DNA of 64,000 bases. Source: Felis catus. Taxonomy: Eukaryota. The notes under the pieces are model-generated. The model was not told the DNA's origin, did no database searches, and worked only from the letters and a program-made list of their open reading frames with translations. Positions 27,587 through 40,617 of this stretch are shown piece by piece (within the stretch, counting starts at the first letter, position 1; every line of letters starts with the position of its first letter). The position numbers were made by a program, and so were the translations under genes. The stretch spans positions 35,404,001 through 35,468,000 of the forward strand of contig NC_058368.1 of NCBI RefSeq assembly GCF_018350175.1, read 5' to 3'.

Positions 27587-27922
27587 CAGTTGACCCTTAA
27601 ATAACACAGGTTTGAAGTGCACATAGCACTTATAAATGGATTTTTCTCAATAAACACAGTACAATATTGTAAATGTGTTTTTTCTTCCTTATGGTTTTCT
27701 TAATAACATTTTATTTTCTCTAGCCTACTTCATTGTAAAAATACGATATATAATACACATAATGTATAAAATATGTGTTGACTGTTTATGTTATCAGTAA
27801 GTCTTCTGTTCAACAGTAGGCTATTAGTAGTTAAATTTTTGGAAAGTCAAAAGTTATATGCAGATTTCCGACCATGTGGGTTGTCAGAGCCTCTAACCCC
27901 TGCGTTCTTCAAGGGTCAACTG
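27587..27922 (+). mobile_element. Tigger2a-like Tc1/mariner non-autonomous element
   Basis: TIRs CAGTTGACCCTT...AAGGGTCAACTG flanked by a TA TSD on both sides. Confidence 0.92.
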
Positions 27923-28758
27923 TATTTGCTTTCTTCCTCTCAGTCTCCTGTCTTTTGTTTACATGGCTTTCACCATAGTATGCCTGCTGCCTTTTCTCTG
28001 TCTCTTAGCCTTTGAATAGCTGATTGTCTATGTCCCTATTCTACTCTCTACTATTCTATTCTCTACTAAGAGAGAATCTGCCTTGGTTACTCACTCTCCA
28101 GAGTCAGCATTCCTACTAACCAGAATCACTTCATCAAACCACCTGCCAGGCTGCCGCCCAGCCAATAAGCTGGTTGTATTTGGGTCAGGTGCTAATTCTT
28201 AATCCAGTCATCTCTGAGCTAAGCAGAGAGATCATGTGATAAAATGAATTAAGAACAAGAAACTGCTTCCTAGTTCACGTTTGGGAGGGACGAATAGCAA
28301 GGTAGTCTCTCAGCATGTTATGAATCTATCTGAATTCCCAGGCATTTTGATAGCGGGTTGCAAAAGGCAGACTTAGTTCCCAAATGAAATGGTAAAACTT
28401 TGATTCAACATATCATTTGTCTCCTTGAGTTTCATTTCTGGTTTACACCATACTACATGTCCCCACCACCACCACCACCAATGGAGGGGACAGGGGGTGT
28501 GCAGTGTAACATCACTGAAGACAGCCCCCAAAGTACCCTCACAAAAGACCAGAGCAGACAGCTGCAAACACTACAAAGGTTGATGTGGTATCTCTGAGAG
28601 CTGCTGTGTACTTCCTCGACAGTCCCACTCCTTTAGTTATTTCACTGGGTCACCTGTCCCAAAATACTTTTGACTGTCCTCTACTAAACGTGTGGCTGGA
28701 AGAAGAAGATAGGAAAAGGGGTGTGTGCTAAAACATAGGGGTGTGTGTATGTGTATGG

Positions 28759-28761
<3 letters not shown>

Positions 28762-28802
<41 letters not shown>
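28762..28802 (+). repeat. (TG)n microsatellite
   Basis: Directly visible. Confidence 0.95.
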
Positions 28803-28805
<3 letters not shown>

Positions 28806-31800
28806 CTTTCCTCCAGAGCATGTTTGAATAAATGTATTTTTCATCTACCTGAATTCAGTGTAGGCTGTTAATTTTCCAAAGCAGATAAAATCAACGTAGG
28901 AAGAAAGCCCAGTGTTCTTAGTGCTTACTTTTCACTTGAATTCAAATTAAATGTGAATATGCGTCCTCCTTGCTAGTTTTCAAGGGATCATTTTCAGCTA
29001 ACTTCTCTCTGCACATATGTCACAGAGCAGTGAGGAAGAGGCACCAGTCACCAGTGTCATTCTTCTTAGTTCTTGACTGTGTTTGACCTTCAGGGGCACC
29101 TCTCCTAGCGAGGAAAAGAGTGCTTTGCTCTACCTCCACGTAGAGGGCAAGGTAAGAGTAAAGGCTACAAGATAGAAGATAAGAACCCTGTTCCTGTTTA
29201 ACTAACTCTCTCTGGCTTCACAATCAAAAGAGGTGCTCTCATGCATCACATCTTTTCTATTACCTTTGTCCACTGTGCATACTGTTTTTTGGCAAGAAAT
29301 AGAGTGAAACCTTCTGCTTTCCTAGTGGAGATCTTATTTAAGAAAGAGACACAAAATGTGCAGCAGTACTGTGTTCCCATTTTACCAATCTTCTCTGGTT
29401 CCACATACCTTATAACCTGATGGCTACGTGACTGCAGATAATATATTCCATCCTAATCTGTTTCTTAGGACAGATTTTTAGGAGAAAAGAGGCAAAATCC
29501 TTTGTCTTTTGCCAAAAAAAATCCTTTGCCAGAAAAAAAAAAAAAGCCATTACAGCTGTCACTGTACACATTACACGAAAATACCCAAGTCATTGATTTA
29601 TCAAAATATATTGCGTCCTTCAACTCAAATAGCCTTAATACATGGTCAGATATGTTTCCCATTTTAGAGATGAAGAAACCAAGTCACAGAGAGGTCAGAT
29701 GATCCATCTAAACTAAGAAATGAAATATAATTACAATAATAAGGAGTCTAGTTCACTGATTGTCAGCCAAATCATTTCACTTATCTTCTCATAAGACAGC
29801 TACAAATATTACCATACTTCAAGATCCATGATATATGTGTATCATGCAACATAAATGTTATGTACCTTTATCTCATGTAACATAATACAATTGTTTTTCA
29901 CTTCACCTATAGAAAATTTAGGGTGAATTTACACTCAGTTTTAATTAACTGAAAAGATGTTTGAAGTCACCTTTATTTTCCACTGGCCAAAAAAAAAAAA
30001 GAAGCCAGAATGTTCTTTAAATGAAAAAAAGAAAAAGAAAATTGACGAGGCTTACTCTGCTCCCTCTCCTGTGGGCCTCCTGTCCATGAATTAGCATTAA
30101 TGGAGGTAGTGAAGGAAGTGAATTCCCCATACCTGGAAAGTAAAGAAACCCAGACACGTATAGAGAGCTTAGTGTACATGCTGCATAATAGTATTTCTGA
30201 AGAGTAGTGAATTCTGTATTCAAACAGAGGTCAGCAAATAAATCCAGAGTGCCTGAGTGTTTGATTTTTCCTTTTCAAAGATGAGCTGCTCCTATGGTTA
30301 GAGGTTTTCATTTCCCAGCTCTGACACAGGGTAGTCACATATGCAAACATGGACACTATGCCTACAGTCTCAATATAGATTAATTATTTCTGGCTGCCAG
30401 CAACCTCGAGTGGATTATGCTGTTTCTGTGATAAACCCCAACTCTCCGTACTCAGAGACAAAAGAAACACACACACACAGTAAAAGGCTAGTGCCTCAGT
30501 CCATAGTTATTTCACCTTGAATAGACTTTCCAAATGAAGCCCTTTTCGTTTTGCTTTCTATATTAAACATTAACAACCAAAAAGGAATTTTAAATCTTGG
30601 GTTTTTTTCATTAGTGTATCACAAACTACTAATTAGAAAAGATTTCTTTTACTAAATGATTTAGTTCTTATGTCTGTTTTAACACTTGAAAGGTTACAGC
30701 TTTAGGAAAAAAGGAAAGAGCCTTAATTAAAGAATGAATTATTGAATATTCAGTTTTAATTGATGTTGCCCCATGCTATTATTTTGCATGTTTATAGACG
30801 TTTTATGTGATTCTGTTATCAGAATAACCAAAGAGAGAGACATTGACTATTGAGCCTTAAAAGGGGGAGGGCTTCTGCCTGATCACATCCAGCTATTTAA
30901 GTTCAAGAATCATCTGAAGCGTGGTTTCCATGACAACAAGTCACTAATTGCGAACATAAAATAAAGCAAAAAATCAACCTTCCCTGAGTTTGGCAGCTAC
31001 ATGGATGATGTCTTTTTTTTTTTTTTTTTTAAATAGTGAAATGGCACTTTTCCTTAGGGAATTCCTCAAGTAATCTTCCCAAACCCAAGAAGTCATTCCA
31101 TAGTGGGGGTAACTCTGGCCTGGGAAAGGTGTCAGCTTAAAGCTGTCCAAATCTGTTAGGCTGGGGTTGCCAACACCTAGCTTCTGCTAGAGATAAGGAA
31201 AAACACCTATGATGATGAGTGAAGGATTTTTGCATCTTTGGGCGACAGAACAGCAAAGATCGCTGCTGTGGCAGATGAATGAACCAAAGAAATGCTACCA
31301 AATACTGGATTTGAACATCCTTTAGACAAGGGGGGAAAACAAATTGAGGGGAAAAGGTGACTTAAAACCTAAAATCGGCCACTTTCCACAGGGTTAGTCA
31401 CCCGTGCTCAATCACTAGCAAAGGTTTCTGGTTTCTCTGCCTGGCAGATTTAAAAAAACAAACAAAAAAAAGTGCACCCCTTGAGACTTGGAAACCTGTT
31501 CAACCGACACAATGGCACCATTCAAAATTCACCAATTTATGAACTGCAGCATATCATTTGTAAAAATTGCTTCAGCCTGAGTTACCTTTCACCAGCTCTG
31601 TAAGTCTACTCACTGGGTCACTAGGAGTGAACAAGAACATTTTGATAAATTCTGTTTCCATGACGATGAATTAACCAGTGAAAAGGGGGAGGTGTTGAAA
31701 GATCTGTATTCTGTAGAATACTCTCAAATGTTTGCCTGTTTTCATTTTTAGCCATTTAGTTCTCATGGCTCTGTTCCAGGACTCTTTAATTTGCCAGTAG

Positions 31801-33362
31801 CTGTTTTTCCTACACAGATTACAGGAGTAATTCATCAGTGAATGTTTCACTCAGTGGTCCCATCTAATGTAAGGAAACATAAAAATGAATTTTTCCAATT
31901 ATGCCTTTTTGTTTGTTTAGAAAGAATGTAGTAAGCTTTTTTTCCCTTTCTTTCCTCACAATCTAGCTTTAGTGTTCTTATTCTCACTTATTTATTGACC
32001 ATTACCTTACACAGACTACAACTGCAATTTGTATGATGTTGAGATCTGCTTTTAAATACCAATAAATCCCCAAAAGGCAATGATTTTTGAATTTACTGGA
32101 CTGAAACCCCAGAGGGGGACGTAACAAGAAAAAGAACATTAAAACATGTAGGCCCAGTACATGTTACAATGAAATAAAGTGTTTAGGAAAAAATTAAGAA
32201 AGCAATAGAGCCTTTCCTTTACTCAATTACTTTAAATTGGCTTATTTATATACAATGGCATCTGTTTATGTTATTCTAGCATTTATCCACCTCTTCAATT
32301 TAATGATAACACTGCTACTTCTTTGGGGATCAAAAAATTTAAAAAAAAGTGATTCTGATGGTTTTGTTTTCCAAATGATGAAAATAGCAAAAAGAACTCA
32401 TCTTTTCACACGAGAAAATATTGGATATGCAATTATTTCTTGAAGTATGAAGTAAGAAAAATGTTCCCTCAAAACATGTGTTTCTAATCCAGCTTAACTT
32501 TGTACGTCCACAAGTAACTAATTCAGCTCATTTTAAAAATTAAGTTTAAATAATGGATGTTTTCCCTTGTCTTTCTTTTCACCTAAAACAAGGGAAATAA
32601 CCAGTTTTCAACTTTCAACTGTTTTGTTCTGCCATTGTGTAGCCATGAATTTAAAGAATACTATTTATTCATCCTTTGCTTGAAGCAGGAAGAAATGTTA
32701 GGGAGATGTTCTAGACCACCAGCAATTAGCAAACTGATCAGATATTATCTTAATCCGAGACCGAAAGTGCAAAGGACCATGGGGTTCACTGGAAGTAAAG
32801 AAGAAAACTATTTAACACTTATTATGTAGAGATCTGCCAATCAGAACTACTTTATAAAAATTTCAATAAATAGTAATGCAATAATATATATTTTCTGGTA
32901 AGAACTGTTCTTCAGGGTCATATTTGCTCAGAGAGCTTAATTTCTCCACCAAGAACAGAGAGAATTCTCATACTGAAAAGAATATGGTAATTTTCTTTTC
33001 CTCCCTCTTTAGCACAGAAGCACACAAAAATATTATTAATATTAGTGGATCTCAAAGAATGTACGTGATTGAAAATCAAAGTAATTGTTTTAATGAATAA
33101 ACCCTAGTTGTTTTGCAGCAGACATCTATAAACTATTAGAAAGGAAAATCATGCCACTCTAAAATCAATGTCTGGGTAGCCCTGAATAGTTCGTCTTGAT
33201 TTAAAATAGTGGCTGCGACAGTGTCCGTTGACTGGATATGGACAAGGAAAGTCTAATGACTTCTTTTGTTCACGTGCCATATGTAACGCCTGCTTCTTAT
33301 GGGCAACATGTGTGCCATGCTTCCCTTCCTGCACCGAAGGTCGTAATGCAGGTAGCTGGCAT

Positions 33363-33411
33363 TCAGTTCACATTGATGTTAATAGTGTGAGATCCCTCGG
33401 CCAGCTGTTGT
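33363..33411 (-). other. Candidate terminal exon (5' part) of an unidentified minus-strand gene; 3'UTR would extend leftward
   Basis: Acceptor CCATCTCTATTTTTCAG|ACAAC with about 40 nt free of AG; short coding tails (D)NSWPRDLTLLTSM* or (R)QQLAEGSHTININVN*; followed by about 3.5 kb of repeat-free DNA with minus-strand AATAAA at 32664, 31991 and 29972. Confidence 0.45.
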
Positions 33412-33961
33412 CTGAAAAATAGAGATGGCATGGCCCACCCAAGAGACAGATGCCTTCACACCAATGTGACCCGTAGCTGGCACAGGCAGTGCAGGAATCA
33501 GCTTGTTAATGCTAATGTCTCCGGTGAGATGGGGATAAACAGCAGCTCTCTCAGTCCTATAGATTGAAAGTGTCACAAAAATACTGTCAGGCTCAGTTGC
33601 TGATCATTAAAAATGAGTACAAATGAGAGGAATAATGGCTTGTTGATCCACCTGAGTCAAGTTCGACATCCTTGTGACACTATTTACAACTGTATTGATG
33701 TCTTTCAGGCATTAGTAAGAAAGATTTTTGACAAAGAAAATAATTATGAAACTTCTTGAGTTTTGGAGTAAAAGCGGTCAATAACAAAACATACTATAAA
33801 CTCCAATCACATAGTTTCTTAATTTACTGAGACCTCACACTTAGATAAACTTTGCGATGAACCTTTTGGTAAAACCAAAAATATGTTTGTAGTATGAAAA
33901 CAGTTCTCTCTATTTTGCAACTTACATGTTTTTGACTCAGGATTTTAAAATGGTGTGTTTA

Positions 33962-34366
33962 GGGGTGCCCGGGTGGCTCAGTCTGTTAAGTGTCCAAGTC
34001 TTTTTTGTAATATTTTTTAATGTTTATTTATTTTTGAGAGACAGAACATGAGTGGGGGAAGGGTAGAGAGAGGGGGGGACAGAAGATCTGAAGCAGTCAC
34101 TGTGCTGAGAGCAGAGAGCCAGATGTGGGGCTAGAATGAACTATGAGATCATGACCTGAGCCAATGAACTGAGCCAAAGTCAGGTGTCTGACTCTTGATG
34201 TAAGCTCAGGTCATGATCTCACAGTCTTGAGATCAAGCCCCACATTGGGCTGTGTGCTGACCGTATGGAGCCTACTGGGGATTCTCTATTTTCCTCTCCC
34301 TCTGCCCCTCCCCCTGCTCTCTCTCTCTCTCTCTCTCTCAAAATTAAAATTAAAATTAAAATTAAA
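33962..34366 (+). mobile_element. Can-SINE interrupted by an inverted Can-SINE
   Basis: Head at 33962-34000, remainder at 34184-34366; TSD TAAAATGGTGTGTTTA / TAAAGTGGTGTGTTTA (15/16). Confidence 0.92.
34001..34183 (-). mobile_element. 5'-truncated Can-SINE nested antisense in another SINE
   Basis: T-rich tail TTTAATGTTTATTTATTTTTGAGAG, body to GAGCCAAAGTCAG; degenerate TSD GTGTCCAAGTCTT / GTGTCTGACTCTT. Confidence 0.88.
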
Positions 34367-34819
34367 TAAAGTGGTGTGTTTAATATAAAAAGTTTAAAGC
34401 GGATATATGCTTTTGTTGTCGGCATTGTTTCCCAATCATTCAGTGGGAAGGAATACCGAGAGGTATAGCTTCAAGAGCAGCATGTTGATATGGAGATTTG
34501 ATCAAGAATGTTGACCTAGGATCCAACTGCCACTTTCCTATTGAGAATCTAATCCCATTGGCCACACATCACTCCCTGTGTCATAAAAGGTTTATACCAA
34601 CATCTAGTTTGACAGCTCAGGACCTCTGCCACAAGCCGAGAAAACATTTACTGAGGAATGTTTAGATGAATAAAGTAATAGTCTTCTACTTAATTTATGA
34701 GTGAGGGCTAACCCCTACCTGTAAATCACACAAAATTTTAACTGTATTGAGAGATCATTATTTTAAAAAGCTCTTTTAGTAAAGTAGATTGCTACCAATT
34801 CAGTGAGAGAGCTGGTGCA

Positions 34820-35880
34820 GTCATTCACTCCACAAATATTTATGGTGTATTCGCTATGGTTTTGCCCCCGAAATTTGACTGGGTGTTCACAGCAGATATG
34901 TAGAGGTAGAGATAGAGAATCAAACAATTATAAAGCAATACGACAAATAACTATAGAAAGGCAACCAAATAATTGTATTGGAGGATTGTAGGACGAGGGT
35001 ATTGGAGAAAGAACAGTAAGGTTTAACAAAAGCTTTCTGAATGAGATAATTAGGGAAAGAGCATTCCATACAAAGGGGACAGTTGAACAAAGGCAGGAAG
35101 TGAAAATCAATCCATTAGGCAGAGACAACCATAAACAGTTCAGTGTTGCCCAAGTGCCCAGTGTAAGGCAAGCCATGGAATCAGTGACAGAAAGATAGGC
35201 AGAAACCACATCAAGCAAGGCTCACTGCCACTATTAACAACCTGCCTGCTATTTTATCCTCATGGCCTTTTGGGAGGTGAAGGCAACAATTCCAATGGAA
35301 GATAATGACGATAACAGGAAATGTGCAAAAAGAAGATGAATTGAATCTTTGTAGAAGGAGTATAATAATCAGAACTTGGTGATTGATGGAGCATCTGACA
35401 GAGAGATGAGAGATTGCAGATTTTATAGGATGCACAAGTACTGTCTTGAGCAACCGGGTGGATGGTGGTGCCACCAGCTGAGGCAAAGGATCCACTTTAG
35501 GGGGAACATGTGGAAACAAGTGCCCGTGGAACATTCCTACAGAGATGCCCAGCTAATAATTGGACAGATGAGTTTGAAGCTCAGGGCACAGGGCTAATTT
35601 AAAGACACAGAATTGGAATCCACTGGAAAATAACAGTATCTGAAACCAGGAGTCTGGATAAGATTGCCCAAAGAATACAGAAAGTGAGACGAGTTATGGA
35701 TTGAGGTCCCAACCCTGGGGTACAATAATTTAAGAGATCGACAAAACAAAAGTAGCCAAGGAAGAAAACAGCAAGGTGTTGACCAGGGGTAAGAGGAGAA
35801 ACCATAACAAAGTACTATTATGGGAACCACTAAAGTGAAAAATGCAGCAGAGAAGTCCAGTAAGATAAAGATGGGAAAAC
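34820..35880 (-). mobile_element. LINE-2 fragments
   Basis: CATTCACTCCACAAATATTTAT start and degenerate L2 body motifs. Confidence 0.6.
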
Positions 35881-36702
35881 AAATTACTATCCCTCTCTGC
35901 CTCCCCTTACCTGAATACAAATCTGCATCATTAAAAATAGAAAGAACTTAGAAACCTGAGACCAGGAAACATCTAGGAAAGGCCCAGGTAAGCATACTCA
36001 CATACAATTTAGGAGTTGTCTGTTCTTAATTTTTAAACAAGGGAAGGCTTATCAGTTTATTTTGTTAATTTGTTTATTTTCTACCTTGTCCTCAAAGCAC
36101 TACAGATTCTTTCGGTAAAATTTCTGAATTCATTCTTTTCATTTAAGCTTGTAATAAATGTGAAGCAAAAGTCAGTTCACTGTTAACTGTCTTTGAAAAG
36201 TATCAGGAGTGCAGATTGGATCTATTGGCAGTTAAGGGTGGAAACTTCTACTTTACCATTAAGGTGAGAATGCTTTTGAGAGAGAAGCCTCACTCGTCAG
36301 CAGATCCTGATAGAAAAGTATAGCATTCTTTAATGCAGAGAGAACAGCACGTCGTAAAGAAGAAGGCCATTGAGCTATAAAGCCACGTAGAGCAAGCCCA
36401 CTATAGGCTCCTGAGCAGGGGATAGCAGAAATGCAAGGGGATGTCGGTTTCTGGGCATTGTACATAGGAGCAACCCACCAGCTGGAGCCATACCTAACTA
36501 ACACCATCCCAGCTTTGTTGTCAGGCAGTTAGATTCCAGTAACAACTTAATCTTCACAAGCATGTCTTGTGTGTCTTTGGGCAAATAATTAATGTTCCTA
36601 AATTCTACTTTCCTCATTTATTAAAATGGGGATAAAATAATTAATTACCCCATAAACTTATGAAAAAGCAAGTGAGATACTATATACAGAGCATTAGTCT
36701 AG

Positions 36703-36922
36703 TAGTTGTTCTCAACACGGGGTGATTTGTCCCCCAGGGAATATCTGGCAATGTCTGAAGACATTTTTTGGTTGTCACAGCTGGGATGGGGTGGCTGTTA
36801 CTGGAATCTAGTAGCTAGAGGCCAGGGATGCTGCTAGACACTCTACAGTACATAGTATAGCACCCCACCAGAATGGATTATCTGATCCAAAATGTCAATG
36901 GTGCCAAGGGTAAGAAACCTTG
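36703..36922 (+). mobile_element. MER20 (hAT-Charlie)
   Basis: GTTCTCAAC..GGGTGATTTGTCCCCCAGGG..ATCTGGCAATGTCTGAAGACATTTTT..GAGGCCAGGGATGCTGCTA...AAAATGTCAATGGTGCCAAGG..GAAACC. Confidence 0.9.
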
Positions 36923-37579
36923 ATCTGGTAGTCACACATTATAATAGCTGGTTCTTCTGGAACCCTCACACTGCATGAGACACTAAGTGCTTAACATTTA
37001 TCTCATCTAACCTTCACCGAAATTGGCACTAGTATTATCTCCAGTCTACAAATCAGGAAACTGACATGCAAGAAAACGTTAAGTAACATAAACAAGGTCA
37101 CACAACTAGCAGCGACAGAAGCAGAATTCCATAAATGTTAATGATCGTTGTATTTCATGGACAAGTGAACATTTTTTCAGATAATATTCAGATATTTTCA
37201 AATATCCAACTCTATCACATAACAAAAAAGACTGGTTATTCTACTTTCATCGAATCATTGACATAAATCTAGACACAACTGCTATGTTGCATGCTTTGAC
37301 TTTCAGACTCAAGGTTTTCCTTAAATGAAGACAAAATGGAAATGTTAAAAGAGAAAAGAACTTAGCATTTCTTAAGAACACCTTAAAAAGACAATTGCCA
37401 GATATGCTTTTAAAGAAATCTTTTTAGTGTTAAAAATCAGTAAAACCTGACTTCAGGAACTGGCCTTAGGTCTTCTCTAATGCTGAAGTCAATGGCTCTT
37501 TTTGTAATGGTGTTATGGTTTAAATACAGCTTCAGGCCTCTGTGAAGCTTGAACACGGGATCAGAGAGATAAAAGTCAC

Positions 37580-37782
37580 CTGCCTAGATCACTTTCACTT
37601 TCTAGTCTGAAATTCTTAGCATCTGTGCATTTATCCAATTGTCAGTGATGTGTCATTGATTATTTTTAACAGTCTTTGCATCGATGTGTTTCAGAAGGTG
37701 GTTTTCTCTTCTTTAAATCTGCCTTTGGGGACTCTGAAATGTAAGCTGTCGAGTATGGATGTGTGCAGGACTGAAGAGAATC
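37580..37782 (-). other. Candidate alternative (terminal or cassette) exon
   Basis: Acceptor CATTTGTTGCCTTTCTAG|GATT, possible donor CAG|GTGACT at 37579; phase-1 reading (G)FSSVLHTSILDSLHFRVPKGRFKEEKTTF* with stop at 37691-37693; unique flanks. Confidence 0.3.
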
Positions 37783-38082
37783 CTAGAAAGGCAACAAATG
37801 CTGAAATGTGAGCATACATACATACAAGTATTTTGACAAAATGTTTATGAAAATTTGGGGTTCCTGAATTTTTGACATAATTGTGTATCAAATGAAGACA
37901 GTATAGTATTGTATGGCATAGTGGCTTAAAGTGCAAGTTCAGCATCCAAATCCTGACTATGCCATTTACTAATGATGTGATCTTGTCAAAATGACTTGAC
38001 TATTCTGAGTCTCAGTCACCTTTCCTATTTAAAAAAATAAATAAATAAACATTAAAAAAAAATTAAAAAAAAAAAGGTGGGG

Positions 38083-38253
38083 GGGAGCACCTGGGTGGCT
38101 CAGTAGGTTAAGCGTCCAACTTCAGCTCAGGTCATGATCTCACGGCTTGTGGGTTCGAGCCCCACGTCAGGCTCTGCACTGACAGCTCAGAGCCTGGAGC
38201 TTGCTTCAGATTCTGTGTCTCCCTCTCTCTCTTCCCCTCCCCCACTCATGCTT

Positions 38254-38290
<37 letters not shown>

Positions 38291-38320
38291 AATAAACATT
38301 TAAAAAATTTTTTTAAAAAA
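38083..38320 (+). mobile_element. Can-SINE (SINEC_Fc type)
   Basis: GCACCTGGGTGGCTCAG head, full body, (CT)n, AATAAACATTTAAAAA tail. Confidence 0.95.
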
Positions 38321-38499
38321 GCAAATCAGACTGACAATAGAACATTCTCCAAAAGTAAGATATTTATTTTTTATTTTATACTGTCATATTCCAAGGTCTG
38401 TTTTAGATTGTAAGAATACTACAGTGAACTACACTCATGCAGCTTACAATTAAAAAGTTGAAATGAAATATCATCTCTGATAGCAGTAATTTTCCTGAA

Positions 38500-39650
38500 G
38501 AAAATAATTCTGGAAGAGCTGATGGTAGTCAGACAAGAGCAGGGGCTTCTAAGGCCTCTGAAGAGGCCCTGTTTCAGCAGAGACTGGAAAGATATGAGGC
38601 AGTGACCCAGGTGAATACCTGGAAAAGAGCTCTCCAAGCAGAAGAAAGAGCAAATGCAAATATCCCCAGTCTGGAATATTCTGGCAATTTTGAGGAAAAG
38701 CAAGATATGTCGGACTGGCTCCCATGACTTATGAGCTGAATTAAAAAGATAGCCAGGGATTAACTCATAGAAACTATATGCCATAGTAGCGTTCTGGATT
38801 TTCCTCTGTGATGAGAAGCCATTGGACATTTTTGATCTGTGTATCATGATCCAATTCATGTTCTGAAAGAATAACTTTGACTCCTATGTGGAGAATAGGC
38901 TCTAGGGAACCAGGAATAGATACAGGATGACCAAGTAAAGGTAACTGCAATAGTACAGGCAAAAAATGGTGGTGGCTTAAAATAGGAAGATAGCATTTGG
39001 CAGCTGCTAAGAATGGTTATACTCATGGTGCGTTTGAAGGCAGATTGAATACAACTTTTGATAGATTTAATGTGAGTTGTGAGAAAGAAAATGGGAACGA
39101 TTCCAAAGTTCTGGGCCTAAGGAGCTAACTGGGTGAATGGAGACTGAAGAAATAGGTAAAAAGGAGGGAGACTATAAAAAGCTTAGAGATACTCACTAGA
39201 CATTCATGTGGGAATATTCAGTAGGCCATTGGATATACAAGTATACATTCAGGAAAGAGGTGAAGAATGTACCTTAAAATCTGGGCATTATCAGGGTATA
39301 AATATAGCTAAGCTATCAGGACTGAGTGGGATCCCCGTAGGAATGTGTGAAAATAGAAAAGAAAAATAGAGGTCCTGGGTCTGACCTCTAGGGTTTTCCA
39401 ATATTTAGAGGTCAAGAAGATGAAAATCATGGGAAGGTAGTGTCAGAGGTGAGCAAATAAACTTCTTCAAGAAAGAGAGAATGATCTGTCATATGCTGCA
39501 GAAGTGTGGGTGAGAGGGGAGCAGAATCAAACACTGTCAACACAGAGGCCACTGATGACCCTGAGAAGAAAAGTTTCAGTGAATTGCTGAATAACGACTT
39601 CTAATTTCATTGAGTTCAAGAGAGAATGAGAGGAGTAAAAGTAGGAAAGG
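38500..39650 (-). mobile_element. LINE-2 fragment
   Basis: Degenerate L2 motifs (GAGAAGCCATTGGA, ATAACTTTGACTCCTATGTGGAGAATAG, ACTGATGACCCTGAGAAGA..AGTTTCAGTG). Confidence 0.65.
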
Positions 39651-39854
39651 AAAAAATGATTAACATATTTTTGTGAGAAATCAATAATAAAATATATATA
39701 AAGCATTTATCCCAATGCTTGGCATATTACAAAATGACAAAAAATAGTTACCATCATTATTTTTATCATTTTTATGTAGTCATCCCCTATCATTTGAATA
39801 TTGACTGTATGTACAGCCTGACCAAGAGAAATGATTATTTATGCCTGTGTATAT

Positions 39855-39986
39855 TTATACATGAATATTTTATTGGTAAAAGCATTTAATGTATATGTAC
39901 ATATTCATATACATGAATAGATATGTATTGTGTGATGTATATAGATATAACGATGATACTTTTACCAACAAAATATTCATGTATAA
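39855..39986. repeat. Long inverted repeat (28-bp arms, 76-nt spacer)
   Basis: TTATACATGAATATTTTATTGGTAAAAG (39855-39882) vs CTTTTACCAACAAAATATTCATGTATAA (39959-39986), 27/28 complementary. Confidence 0.9.
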
Positions 39987-40560
39987 TTATCTCATTTTAT
40001 CTTCACAGCATTCTGTGGGGAAAAATATAGTCATGTGAGTTTTTCTCTGTTTTATAGCTGACAAGGCTTAGGCTCACAGTTTGTGACTTACCCAAAGTCA
40101 TATATAAATCCAGAAATGAAACCAAGATCTAATGACATCTGCCTCTTTTCTCTTTTCAGCAACAAAGAGAAGTTCAGGTATCCCATCAAATAGAAAATCA
40201 AACCATATCAATGAGAAGTTGACAGTGCATACATCTGATTTGAAGAATGAACACCCAAGTATTTTTTTTTAATTAATTAATTAATTATTTACTCATGCAC
40301 TGTTGACCATCTTGCATAATTCGTTCCTTGTATACGTGGTCAGATTCCTCTATCAAGTGAGGAAATGTTCTGCCACAGAGAGATTAAAATGTTTCTTTCC
40401 TAGAAATTATGTTTAAAAAAAAGACAGAAAGGGGGCAAAAGGCATACATCGAAATTATTTTTCTCGTGCAAATGCCCATGCTGGCCCTGGGGATACAAGA
40501 GGAAACAGAACAAACATTCCTGTTCCCTTGACATCTATAGTCTAGAGATAGATATTAATC

Positions 40561-40605
<45 letters not shown>

Positions 40606-40617
40606 TAGATATAGATA
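40561..40617 (+). repeat. (AGAT)11 STR with degenerate extension
   Basis: Directly visible. Confidence 0.95.
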
